Positions 16,170 through 25,132 of a DNA stretch of 64,000 bases are shown here, piece by piece. Below the pieces are notes generated by a model. That model made no database searches. It was not told where the DNA came from and was given only the letters and a program-made list of their open reading frames with translations. The stretch covers positions 2,085 to 66,084 of the IMG/VR virus record IMGVR_UViG_3300036832_000493. One strand, written 5' to 3'. Origin of the DNA: a virus. Lineage: Duplodnaviria > Caudoviricetes. The number at the start of each line of letters is the position of its first letter. Within the stretch, counting starts at the first letter, position 1. The position numbers and the translations under genes were made by a program.

Positions 16170-18233
16170 ATGGACAAGGACGCTTCGCGCAAGAAGTTTG
16201 CGCCCCCGCCTGCGTTGCCCCCGAGGTGGCTACGCAGGCTCAAGGGCTGGCTGCTCTGGGACTTCGAACAGCGCGAGGGCGAGGCCAAGCCGCGCAAGGT
16301 GCCCTACTACCCGAACGGCGCCCGCCGCTCGGGCAAACAGGGCTCGCGCACGGACCGGGCGCACCTTGTCACCTATGCCGAGGCCATCGCGGCGGCGGAG
16401 CGGCTGGACAAGACCGGCGTCGGTCTGGCCATGCTCAAGGACTGGGGCGTCTGCGCCCTTGATTTCGATGACTGCATCCTGCCCGACGGCAGCCTGCCCC
16501 CCGAGATCGCCGAGATCGCCAGCCGCACCTACGCCGAGTACAGCCCCTCGGGCAAAGGCGTGCGCGCTTTCGTCCTCGGCAACTACGGCAACCGCAAAGC
16601 CCGCTCCAAGCCCGGTCAGTACGGCTTCGAGACGTTCTCGACCAAGGGCTTCGTCACCTTTACGGGCAACGTCATCTACCGCTGCAAGGCGGTCGACATG
16701 GACGACACCGTCGCCTCGCTCGACGACCTGATCCAGCCGCTGCACGAAGCGCGCTTCAGCCAGCAGCACCGCGAGGAGGGCGCGGTTTTCGACCCGGACG
16801 ATCCGGGCAACTTCATGCGCATGCACCGCAAGCCGGTCGACCTGACGAACGCCGAGGTCGAAGACCTGCTCTCGCGCCTCGATCCCGACCTGTCCTATCC
16901 CGCGTGGCGCGACGTCGGCTTCGCCCTGCACCACCAGTACGATGGCGGTGAGGAGGGCTTCGACCACTGGAACAGCTGGTCGGTCGGCGGCGGCAAGTAC
17001 CCCGACTACGAGTATCTGCGCTACCTCTGGGAGGGCTTCGGGCACGAGAGCCGCGAGGCCGACCCGATCACCATGCGCACGGTGCTCAAGATGGTCCGCG
17101 ACGACGCGGGCAAGCTCGACGTGTCGGTGCTGCTCGACGACACCCGCGAGACCATCGCCCATGCCGACCCGTCGAGCATGGCGTCGCCCAAGGATTACAC
17201 GGGCAAGTACCGGATCGAGACGACCGCCGACCTGTTCAACGACCCGCCGCAGGAATGGTGGGTCAAGGGCGTCATCCCCAAGTCCATCCTCGGCATGATC
17301 TACGGCCAGTCGGGCCACGGCAAGACTTTCGCCGCGCTCGACCTCGGCCTGTCCATCGCGCGCGGCGTGCCGTGGCAGGGGCACCGGGTCGAGCAGGGGC
17401 GCGTGCTCTACATCGCCGCCGAGGGCCGGGGCGGCATCCGCTCGCGCCTGCAGGCCTACTGCAAGCACCACGGCATCACGCCCGCCGACCTCGCCCTGTT
17501 CGGCATCCTGCGCACCTCGCTCGACATCACCAAGCCCGAGGTCGTCGAGGAACTGATCGCGGCCATCGCTGCCGCCGGGGGCGCCGACTTCATCATCGTC
17601 GACACGCTCGCGCAGGTCACGCCGGGGATCAACGAGAACCAATCGGAAGGCATGAGCACGGCTATCGGCAACTGCGAGGCCATCAGCACGGCGCTCGATG
17701 GCGCGATGGTCTTCTTGGTCCACCACGCGGGCAAGGACTTGAGCAAGGGCGCACGCGGCTGGTCGGGCGTGCGCGCCGCTGTCGATGTCGAACTCGAAGT
17801 CTCGATGCCCGAGGACGCGCCGCGCGTGCTGGCGCTGACCAAGCTCAAGGACGGGCGCGACGGCCTGCGCTGGGGCTTCCGGCTGGAGACGGTCGACCTC
17901 GGGGTCGACGACGACGGCGACCCGGTGTCAAGCTGCGTGCCGGTCTTCAGCGACGCCCCGCCGCCGCGCGTCGAGGAGAAGGGCCGCCGCAAGGTCGAGC
18001 GGTGGAGCCAGCACGAGAGCCACGTCAACGACGTCATGCAGGACATCTACGCGGGCATCGACGACGCGCTCTACACCGAGTTCGTCGCTCGCTGCGTGGA
18101 GGCGTGGCCCGAGCCCGCGCCGGGCGTTCGCGACATCCGCGAGCCACAAGTCAAGACCGCCATCGAGGCCCTGATCAAGCGCGGCAGGATGCGGGTCGAA
18201 CACGGTCGCATTATTTTTCTCGTTGAGGGTTGA
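16170..18233 (+). CDS. primase-polymerase/PriCT-2 fused to an AAA_25 (RepA-like) helicase
   Basis: ALDFD and EYSPSGKGVR (AEP-type primase); YPAWRDVGFALHH (PriCT-2); Walker A GQSGHGKT, Walker B IIVDT, VHHAGK. Confidence 0.9.
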   Translation: MDKDASRKKFAPPPALPPRWLRRLKGWLLWDFEQREGEAKPRKVPYYPNGARRSGKQGSRTDRAHLVTYAEAIAAAERLDKTGVGLAMLKDWGVCALDFDDCILPDGSLPPEIAEIASRTYAEYSPSGKGVRAFVLGNYGNRKARSKPGQYGFETFSTKGFVTFTGNVIYRCKAVDMDDTVASLDDLIQPLHEARFSQQHREEGAVFDPDDPGNFMRMHRKPVDLTNAEVEDLLSRLDPDLSYPAWRDVGFALHHQYDGGEEGFDHWNSWSVGGGKYPDYEYLRYLWEGFGHESREADPITMRTVLKMVRDDAGKLDVSVLLDDTRETIAHADPSSMASPKDYTGKYRIETTADLFNDPPQEWWVKGVIPKSILGMIYGQSGHGKTFAALDLGLSIARGVPWQGHRVEQGRVLYIAAEGRGGIRSRLQAYCKHHGITPADLALFGILRTSLDITKPEVVEELIAAIAAAGGADFIIVDTLAQVTPGINENQSEGMSTAIGNCEAISTALDGAMVFLVHHAGKDLSKGARGWSGVRAAVDVELEVSMPEDAPRVLALTKLKDGRDGLRWGFRLETVDLGVDDDGDPVSSCVPVFSDAPPPRVEEKGRRKVERWSQHESHVNDVMQDIYAGIDDALYTEFVARCVEAWPEPAPGVRDIREPQVKTAIEALIKRGRMRVEHGRIIFLVEG

Positions 18234-18274
18234 CGGGGGCAAGCGACCGCTTTAGGAAGGGGCTTGTCAGCAAC
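18230..18274 (+). promoter_or_regulatory. promoter/operator copy overlapping the primase stop
   Basis: TTGACgggggcAAGCgaccGCTTta ... GTCAGCAAC. Confidence 0.85.
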
Positions 18275-18294
18275 ACAAATGTTCAGGTGCTCCA

Positions 18295-18456
18295 ATGACC
18301 ATCGCAGCAGAATATACCGGCGGCAAGCGCCCTTCTCTCGACATCACCATCATCGCCGATGGCCGTCGCTCCACCATCAAGACCATCGCAGTCAGCGGTC
18401 GCCGCGAGGCGCGCAAGGTTGCCGCCGAGCAAGGCGCGCAGCCTTGGAATTTCTGA
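18295..18456 (+). CDS. small basic hypothetical protein (53 aa)
   Basis: MTIAAEYTGGKRPS...AQPWNF*, directly behind the promoter; not in the ORF track. Confidence 0.65.
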   Translation: MTIAAEYTGGKRPSLDITIIADGRRSTIKTIAVSGRREARKVAAEQGAQPWNF

Positions 18457-18477
18457 TCACCAACGGAGAATGTAATC

Positions 18478-18897
18478 ATGAGCTACAATGTCCAGATCGA
18501 CGCCGAAAGCCTTGAGGAACTGACCGACAAGGTCTGCTCCCTCGCCGACCGCCTGCGCGGCACCACCAGCCTCACCGCTCTGCCCAAGGTCGAGCCCGAG
18601 GTCGAGGCGGCTGCCAAGCCCAAGCCGAAACCCGCGCCTGCGGCGGAGGAGACGGTCGCCGTCAAGCCCAAGCCCAAGCCGAAGCCCGCGCCTGCAGCGG
18701 AGCCCGAGCCTGAGCCCGAGCCCGCGCAGGACTTCACCTCGGTCGTGCGCGACGTCGTCCTCGCGGTCGTCGACAAGCACGGGCGCGAGCGGATGGAAGC
18801 GATCCTCAAGGAGTACGGCATCGCCCGCGCTTCGCAAGTCGCACCGGCCCAGCGGGAAGAGCTTCTCGCAGAACTGCGCGAGGCGCTGGCGGAGTAA
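18478..18897 (+). CDS. hypothetical protein with Pro/Lys/Glu linker
   Basis: GGAG RBS; usual position upstream of DUF2800 in APSE-like replication blocks. Confidence 0.8.
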   Translation: MSYNVQIDAESLEELTDKVCSLADRLRGTTSLTALPKVEPEVEAAAKPKPKPAPAAEETVAVKPKPKPKPAPAAEPEPEPEPAQDFTSVVRDVVLAVVDKHGRERMEAILKEYGIARASQVAPAQREELLAELREALAE

Positions 18898-19004
18898 CTG
18901 GTAGCCGTCCACTGCACTGGCGGTAGCCGGTGGCCCCGGGCGCAACGTGGAGTTGTCGCACACGCTCTAGGAGCGCCCGGGGTTTTCCAACGAAAGATGT
19001 TCCA

Positions 19005-20306
19005 ATGTCCCAGCACTCCCTGCTCGCACCGAGCGCCGCCCACCGATGGATGCACTGCGCCGCCAGCGTCCCGCTCGAACGCGCCGCCCCGGGCCGTAGC
19101 ACCATCTACGCCGCCGAGGGCTCGGTCGCCCACCTGATCGCCAGCAACCTGCTGCTCGATCCCGACTACTTCGTGCCCGTCGGCCAGACCATCATCTACG
19201 AGGGGCACTCGATCCTCGTCACCCGCGACATGCAGGAGTACGTCGCCGACTACGTCAAGCTCGTGCAAGGTTACGCCCGAGACGGCACCCTGCTCGTCGA
19301 CCAGAAAGTCGACTTCTCGCGCTACGTCGGCAAGCCGGGTCAGAAAGGCACCGCCGACGCCATCATCGTCAAGCACCGCACGCTGATCATGATCGACCTC
19401 AAGTACGGCATAGGCGTCCCGGTCTTCGCCTCCAACGCGTTCCACGAGGACGGGACCATTGAAATGGTCGAGCCGTACCTGCTGGTGAACGAGCAGCTGG
19501 GGCTCTACGGGCTCGGCAGCTACGACATCGCCAGCCTGATCGACGAGATCGACGAGATCGTGCTGGTGATCCACCAGCCGCGCCTCAACAGCGTCAGCGA
19601 GTTCGTCATCGAGACCGAGCAGCTGCTCAAGTTCGGCGAGCGCGCTAACGCCGCCGCGCGCCGGGTCGAGGAGGCGCTCGCCCTGCAAGAGCAGGGCGCG
19701 CTGCAGGCCGACAGCCCCTACTTCGTGCCCGGCGAGAAGCAGTGCCGGTTCTGTGACGCCAAGACGACCTGTCCGGCGCTGCGCGAGGAGGTCATGCTCT
19801 ACAGCAGCGGCTACACCGTGATGAGCCCGACGTCGGTCGAGGAGTTCGCCCAGTTCGTGCCTGTCACGCCCGACGCCGACAGCCTCAACAGCTACCTGTC
19901 CATCGCGATGAAGAAGGTCGGCCTCGTCGAGGACTGGTGCAAGGCGATCCGCGCCGAGATCGAGCGCCGCCTGCTCCTTGGCCAGCCGGTCGAGGACTGG
20001 AAGCTCGTCGAAGGCAAGATGGGCAACCGCTCGTGGATCGACGCCAAGGAGGCTGAGGCCTTCATGCGCGCCGATCTGCTGCTGGCCGACGACCTCGTCT
20101 ACGACAAGTCGGTAGTCAGCCCGACGACGGCGGAGAAGCACCTCAAGAAGAAGCACCCGGACGACTGGGCGGCGCTGCAGGCGCTGATCACCCGGCGCCC
20201 CGGCAAGCCGTCCGTGGCCCCGGCCACTGATCCCCGCCCCGCGTTGACGCTGTCTGCCGAGACGGCAGCCAGCCTGCGCGAGGCCGCACTTGAAGATGGA
20301 GAATGA
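19005..20306 (+). CDS. DUF2800 Cas4-like PD-(D/E)xK exonuclease
   Basis: HSLLAPSAAHRWMHC, GTADAII...IDLKYG, QLGLYGLG, CRFCDAKTTCPA. Confidence 0.9.
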   Translation: MSQHSLLAPSAAHRWMHCAASVPLERAAPGRSTIYAAEGSVAHLIASNLLLDPDYFVPVGQTIIYEGHSILVTRDMQEYVADYVKLVQGYARDGTLLVDQKVDFSRYVGKPGQKGTADAIIVKHRTLIMIDLKYGIGVPVFASNAFHEDGTIEMVEPYLLVNEQLGLYGLGSYDIASLIDEIDEIVLVIHQPRLNSVSEFVIETEQLLKFGERANAAARRVEEALALQEQGALQADSPYFVPGEKQCRFCDAKTTCPALREEVMLYSSGYTVMSPTSVEEFAQFVPVTPDADSLNSYLSIAMKKVGLVEDWCKAIRAEIERRLLLGQPVEDWKLVEGKMGNRSWIDAKEAEAFMRADLLLADDLVYDKSVVSPTTAEKHLKKKHPDDWAALQALITRRPGKPSVAPATDPRPALTLSAETAASLREAALEDGE

Positions 20307-20310
20307 TCAA

Positions 20311-20913
20311 ATGGGAAAATTGATGCTCAAGCGCGTCCACATCGCCTTCCCGGCGTTGGCGGAACCGCAGGCCATCGGTGAGGGCAAACCCGCCTACGGC
20401 GGCAAGCTCATCATCGATCCGCAGGACAACGGCGGCAATTTCGTCCGCCTGATCGACCGGGAAATCCGCACGGTCGCCAAGGAGAAGTGGAAGGACCGCG
20501 CCGAGGAAATCCTGCAGATGCTCGAAGAGGACGACAAGGTCTGCTTCAAGAAGAAGCCCTACCGGTCGAAGAAGACCGGCAAGGTGTTCGAGGGCTTCGA
20601 GGGGATGTACCACCTCGGCACGCGCTCGGAGACGACCAAGCCGACCGTGATCGACATCTCGGGCGCCGAGGTCACCGACAAGGACCAGATCAGGGCGCTG
20701 ATCTACTCGGGCTGCCGGGTGCACGCCGAGGTCGAGTTCTGGGCGCAGGACAACCAGTACGGTCGCCGGATCAACTGCACGATGAACGGCGTCATGTTCG
20801 CCGCGCACGGGCAGCGCTTCGGCGGTGGTGCCGGGCCGTCGTCGACCACGACCTTCGCCGAGTTCGCCGAGGAGCCGGACTTCGGCACCAGCGATGCTGA
20901 AGACCTCGTATGA
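20311..20913 (+). CDS. DUF2815 single-stranded DNA-binding protein (T7 gp2.5-like)
   Basis: IYSGCRVHAEV...WAQDNQYGRRINCTMNGVMF; acidic C-terminal tail; lies between nuclease and polymerase. Confidence 0.85.
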   Translation: MGKLMLKRVHIAFPALAEPQAIGEGKPAYGGKLIIDPQDNGGNFVRLIDREIRTVAKEKWKDRAEEILQMLEEDDKVCFKKKPYRSKKTGKVFEGFEGMYHLGTRSETTKPTVIDISGAEVTDKDQIRALIYSGCRVHAEVEFWAQDNQYGRRINCTMNGVMFAAHGQRFGGGAGPSSTTTFAEFAEEPDFGTSDAEDLV

Positions 20914-21161
20914 GCCTCGGGCACAACCGCGCCGATCCGCAGATGAAGGGACTGGCCAACCGCATCCAGACCCTTGAGGAGGAGAAGAAGGGCATCGGGG
21001 AGGACATCAGCGCGGTCTACGCCGAGGGCAAGGCGCTCGGCTACGACACCAAGACCCTGCGCGAAATGGTGCGCTTGATGAAGCTGGACCCCGACGACCT
21101 GCGCGACAAGGAGACGCTGCGGGACCAGTACAAGTCGGCACTTGGCCTCGATCTGGTCTAG
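20910..21161 (+). CDS. gapR: GapR/DUF2312 nucleoid-associated protein homologue
   Basis: RIQTLEEEKKGIGEDISAVYAEGKALGYDTKTLREMVRL...YKSALG matches the GapR (UPF0335) pattern. Confidence 0.9.
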   Translation: MSLGHNRADPQMKGLANRIQTLEEEKKGIGEDISAVYAEGKALGYDTKTLREMVRLMKLDPDDLRDKETLRDQYKSALGLDLV

Positions 21162-21173
21162 TGCTATCGGAGC

Positions 21174-21326
21174 GGCGGTGACTGCTCTCGCCCCCCTGAG
21201 ATGGGAGCAGTCACCGCCCTTCGCTGCTGTGGCGAGGCGTGTCAGTAGAGGGGTGTCCTGCGGACTTCGGTCCGTTTCCCTTCGTTGCTGACACAGCTGG
21301 CACGCCTCACCTCAGCAACGAAGGGG
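21174..21326 (+). promoter_or_regulatory. structured 5' leader of the DNA polymerase gene (three hairpins, the last sequesters the RBS)
   Basis: 16-bp stem 21174-21218; CGGAC-TTCG-GTCCG at 21261-21274; perfect 14-bp inverted repeat 21278-21291/21312-21325 covering the AAGGG RBS. Confidence 0.7.
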
Positions 21327-21334
21327 CAGCGGCA

Positions 21335-23515
21335 GTGGCCGACCTTTACTTGGATTTGGAGACCTACAGCACCGTGCCGCTCCAGCACGGCACGCACCGC
21401 TACGCCGAGCCCTCCGAGGTGCTCCTCGTCGCCTATGCGTGGGACAACGACCCGGTCACCTGCGACGACGTCAGCGACTGCTGGGAGGACTACGCGCCGC
21501 TGCTGCAGAAGATCATCGACGACGCCGACCGCGTCGTCATCCACAACTCGCACTTCGACCGCACCGTGCTCTATCACAACGGCGTCTACCTGCAGCCGCG
21601 CAAGATCGTCGACACGATGGTCATGGCCATGCAGCACAGCTTGCCGGGCGGCCTCGACTACCTGTGCCGCATCCTTGGCGTGCCGCACGATCAGGCCAAG
21701 GACGCGATGGGCAAGAAGCTGATCCAGCTGTTCTGCAAACCGCAGCCACCGCACTTCAAGCTGCGCCGCGCGACGCGCGAGACCCACCCCCTCGAATGGG
21801 AAGCGTTCAAGGTCTACGCCGGGCTCGACGTCGAGGCGATGCGCGCGGTCCGCCCGCGCATCCCCAAGTGGAACTGGACGGCCTCCGAGCGAGCGCTCTG
21901 GCTGCTCGATCAAGAGACCAATGACAAGGGCGTGCAGGTCGATCTCGAACTGGCCCGCGCCGCGCTGACCGCTTTCGAGCGCTCCAAGGTCTCGCATGCC
22001 GAGCGCAGCCATGTGCTGACCAAGGGCCGGGTACCGAGCACGACCCAGCGCGACAAGCTGTTCGACTACCTGCGCTACGGTGAGGAACTGGACTTTGCCA
22101 ACCTGACCAAGAGCACCATCGAGGCGCTGCTCGAAGATGCAGACCTGACCGACGAGACGCGCGAACTGCTGAAGATCAGGCTGCAGGCGGCAGCCGCATC
22201 CCCGGCCAAGTACCGCGCCTTCCTGCGCTCCTCGTCCACGCGCGACGCGCGCGTGCGCGGCACGCTCCAGTTCTGCGGCGCCGGGCGCACCGGACGCGAC
22301 GCCGGGCGGCTCGTCCAGCTGCAGAACCTGCCACTCCCGACGATGACCCCCGTGCAGGTCGAGTTCGGCGTGAATGCGATCAAGCGGGGCACGGTCCACG
22401 AGCAATACGAGAACGTCTCCGAGGTCTGTGTCAACGCCGTGCGCGGCTGCCTGATCGCGGCGCCGGGCAAGAAGCTCGTCGTCGCTGACCTGTCGAACAT
22501 CGAGGGCCGCGTCGCGGCATGGCTGGCGGGCGAGCGGTGGAAGCTCGACGCCTTCAAGAGCTACGACGCGGGCATCGGGGATGACCTCTACGTCCTGTCC
22601 TACGCCCGCTCGTTCAACACCCCCGTCGATGAGGTGCTGCACAACAAAGCCCACGGCGACGGCTCGATGCGCCAGATCGGCAAGGTGCAGGAACTGGCGC
22701 TACAGTTTCAGGGCAGCGTCGGCGCCTACGTCTCGATGGGCGCGAACTATGGCGTCGACCCATACGAACTGGCCACGATCACCCGCGACATCGCCAGCGA
22801 GGAGGAGTGGGCAGCCGCCTACGACAGCTTCCGCAAGCGCTGGGCGGTCGGCCTCGATCGCGAGACGTGGACCGGGGTCAAGGTCGTCGTCAACGCATGG
22901 CGTGGCGGGCACCTGCATATCCAGTCGATGTGGTACGAGATCGAGGACGCGGTGCGCGCCGCGATCCGCGAGCCGACCGAGACCTTCGAGGTGCGCGGGC
23001 TGGAGTTCGACATGGTCTCGGATTACCTGCGCATCCGCCTGCCCTCGGGGCGCTACCTGAGCTACAAGCAGCCCTCGGTCGGCAACCCCTGCGACGCCTG
23101 CGAGGGCGTGGGCGAACTGCCCGATCCCGAGGCCGACGATCCCGAGACCGCGCCCATCGTCGTCTGTCCCGACTGTGACGGCGCGGGCCGCATCCGCGAC
23201 AAGATTTGCTACTGGGGCGTCGGCCAGAAGACGCGGCGCTGGGAGAAGATCAGCGCCTACGGTGGCAAGTTCTTCGAGAATATCGTGCAGGCCACGGCGC
23301 GCGACGTGTTCATGGGCGGCTACCGCCGGGCGATGCGCGAGGGCTACCCGGTCGTGCTGCGCGTCCATGACGAATTGGTGACAGAGGTGCCCGACGAGCC
23401 CGACTGGAACCACGGCGCGCTGGCGGCGATCATGACCGCAGGCGAAAGCTGGACCCTCGGGCTGCCGCTGGCTGCCGCTGGCCACGATCTCTACCGCTAC
23501 GCCAAGGAAGGCTGA
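21335..23515 (+). CDS. DNA polymerase family A (APSE-like) with 3'-5' exonuclease
   Basis: LDLETYS (ExoI), HNSHFDR, RTGRDAGRLVQLQNLP, ADLSNIEGR (motif A), RQIGKVQELALQF (motif B), VHDE (motif C); GTG start after AAGGGG. Confidence 0.95.
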   Translation: MADLYLDLETYSTVPLQHGTHRYAEPSEVLLVAYAWDNDPVTCDDVSDCWEDYAPLLQKIIDDADRVVIHNSHFDRTVLYHNGVYLQPRKIVDTMVMAMQHSLPGGLDYLCRILGVPHDQAKDAMGKKLIQLFCKPQPPHFKLRRATRETHPLEWEAFKVYAGLDVEAMRAVRPRIPKWNWTASERALWLLDQETNDKGVQVDLELARAALTAFERSKVSHAERSHVLTKGRVPSTTQRDKLFDYLRYGEELDFANLTKSTIEALLEDADLTDETRELLKIRLQAAAASPAKYRAFLRSSSTRDARVRGTLQFCGAGRTGRDAGRLVQLQNLPLPTMTPVQVEFGVNAIKRGTVHEQYENVSEVCVNAVRGCLIAAPGKKLVVADLSNIEGRVAAWLAGERWKLDAFKSYDAGIGDDLYVLSYARSFNTPVDEVLHNKAHGDGSMRQIGKVQELALQFQGSVGAYVSMGANYGVDPYELATITRDIASEEEWAAAYDSFRKRWAVGLDRETWTGVKVVVNAWRGGHLHIQSMWYEIEDAVRAAIREPTETFEVRGLEFDMVSDYLRIRLPSGRYLSYKQPSVGNPCDACEGVGELPDPEADDPETAPIVVCPDCDGAGRIRDKICYWGVGQKTRRWEKISAYGGKFFENIVQATARDVFMGGYRRAMREGYPVVLRVHDELVTEVPDEPDWNHGALAAIMTAGESWTLGLPLAAAGHDLYRYAKEG

Positions 23516-23516
23516 C

Positions 23517-23816
23517 ATGGCAGCGGGCGAGAGCAAGGTCGAGGACTACCTCAAGCGCCGGGTCAAGGCGACCGGCGGGCACACCCGCAAGGTCCGCTGG
23601 CTCGACCGCAACGGCGCCCCCGACCGGCTGATCTGGTGGACCTTCCCCAACGCCCACCTCGTCGAGACCAAGGCCCCGCTCAAGGGCATCGACTGGCAGA
23701 GCACGCAGGGCCGCGAGATCATCATCCTGACCGACACGGGCTGGTCCGTGTCAGTTATCAACAGCATCGAGCAGGTCGACGCTTTCATTATGGCGCATGC
23801 GCCGAAAGGGTGTTGA
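23517..23816 (+). CDS. VRR-NUC domain nuclease
   Basis: ESKVEDYL...GAPDRLI...VETKAP. Confidence 0.85.
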   Translation: MAAGESKVEDYLKRRVKATGGHTRKVRWLDRNGAPDRLIWWTFPNAHLVETKAPLKGIDWQSTQGREIIILTDTGWSVSVINSIEQVDAFIMAHAPKGC

Positions 23817-23856
23817 CAGGCACAAGCAACCGCTTTAGGAAGACCGGGTCAGCAAC
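23813..23856 (+). promoter_or_regulatory. promoter/operator copy
   Basis: TTGACaggcacAAGCaaccGCTTta ... GTCAGCAAC. Confidence 0.85.
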
Positions 23857-23868
23857 GGAGATACCCCC

Positions 23869-24795
23869 ATGTGCACCTCTTCCAACTGCCCGCACGGCGA
23901 CGACAACCTCGACGACGATTTCTCGGACATCTTCGGCGGTGAGCCCCTGAGCGCCGACGACATCGCCCACGGCGTCGACCTCGCCCGCAACCAGCAGGTG
24001 CGCGGCCTCGTCGAGGAGACCTGCAAGGCCTGCAACGGCTCGGGCAAGTTCTACGGCTACACGGGCCGCCTGCTCGGCGATTGCTTCAAGTGCAAGGGCA
24101 AGGGCAAGCGCTACTTCAAGTCGACCCTCGCCCAGCGCGAGAAGGCGACCGACCAGCGCAAGGCCCGCGCGGTCCGCGACAGCGCCGCCGCGATCCGCGA
24201 CGCCGACGCATGGATCGAAGCCAACCCTGCCGAGGGCGCGTGGATCAACGACGCTTCGGCGCGCGGCTTCGAGTTCGCCGTCAGCCTGCGCGCCGCGCTC
24301 TACAAGTACGGCTACCTGACCGAGAAGCAGGAAGCCGCCGTGCGCAATGCGACGGCCAAGTCGGTCGCCCGGCAGGCCCAGTGGCAGGCCGAGCGCGCCG
24401 AGCGCGACGCCAACAAGGCCGACGTCGAGATCAGCCGCATCGCCGACGCCTTCGCCGCTGCCAAGGCCTCGGGTCTCCGCTACCCGAAGCTCTACCTGTC
24501 GGACTTCACCTTCTCGCCCGCCAGCGAGAGCAGCCGCAACGCCGGGTCGATCTACGTCAAGCAGGGCGACCTCTACCTCGGCAAGGTCGCCGAGGGTAAG
24601 TTCACCCGCTCGCGCGACTGCACCGCCGAGGTTGAGGCCGAGATCGTCGCGGTCTGCGCCGACCCCTCCAGCGCCGCCGTCGCCTACGGCAAGCGCACGG
24701 GTCGCTGCAGCTGCTGCGGTCGCGAACTGACCAACGCCCTCAGCATCGAACTGGGCATCGGCCCGATCTGCCGTGGCAAGTGGGGGTGGGCATGA
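23869..24795 (+). CDS. zinc-finger protein with C-terminal DUF6011-like domain
   Basis: CKACNGSG/CFKCKGKG; CSCCGRELTNALSIELGIGPIC. Confidence 0.85.
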   Translation: MCTSSNCPHGDDNLDDDFSDIFGGEPLSADDIAHGVDLARNQQVRGLVEETCKACNGSGKFYGYTGRLLGDCFKCKGKGKRYFKSTLAQREKATDQRKARAVRDSAAAIRDADAWIEANPAEGAWINDASARGFEFAVSLRAALYKYGYLTEKQEAAVRNATAKSVARQAQWQAERAERDANKADVEISRIADAFAAAKASGLRYPKLYLSDFTFSPASESSRNAGSIYVKQGDLYLGKVAEGKFTRSRDCTAEVEAEIVAVCADPSSAAVAYGKRTGRCSCCGRELTNALSIELGIGPICRGKWGWA

Positions 24796-24932
24796 AACCG
24801 AAGGGCACTCCCACCGGGCGGCTCAACCCGCCCGGTCCCAACATCCAGAACGTCCCGATCCGCACCGAGGAGGTGCGTCACATCCGCGAGGGCCTTCTCA
24901 GATCGCTCAAGCCCAAGGAAGATGAGAAGTGA
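24792..24932 (+). CDS. 46-aa microprotein resembling a DNA Pol I conserved motif
   Basis: MKPKGTPTGRLNPPGPNIQNVPIRTEEVRHIREGLLRSLKPKEDEK; ATGA and GTGA overlaps on both sides. Confidence 0.7.
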   Translation: MKPKGTPTGRLNPPGPNIQNVPIRTEEVRHIREGLLRSLKPKEDEK

Positions 24933-25132
24933 GCAGCCCAGCACGCAACGCAGAGAAGAGGCGGGAGCACGCAGCCCGCCTCGCAGCGGCGGAAGAGGAG
25001 CGCAACCGCATCGAAGGCCTGTCGATCTTCGACCGGGTGCAGGAGGCGACCTCGCTCGCGGAGATGGGCGAGGTGATCCTCCTCATCGCCCGCAAAGCGG
25101 GCTTGGACATCTACGCAGGGGGCGAGACATGA
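24929..25132 (+). CDS. hypothetical protein
   Basis: Coupled on both sides; 67 aa. Confidence 0.65.
   Translation: MSSPARNAEKRREHAARLAAAEEERNRIEGLSIFDRVQEATSLAEMGEVILLIARKAGLDIYAGGET

Noticed and set aside
18898-19004. Intergenic inverted repeat CCCCGGGCGC...GCGCCCGGGG as a tRNA or ncRNA
   Set aside because: No cloverleaf or T-loop consensus; at most a leader or terminator hairpin.
19005-20306. Cas4-like nuclease as part of the RAMP/array system
   Set aside because: DUF2800 is a standard member of the nuclease-SSB-PolA replication block and lies 12 kb away; nothing links it to the array.
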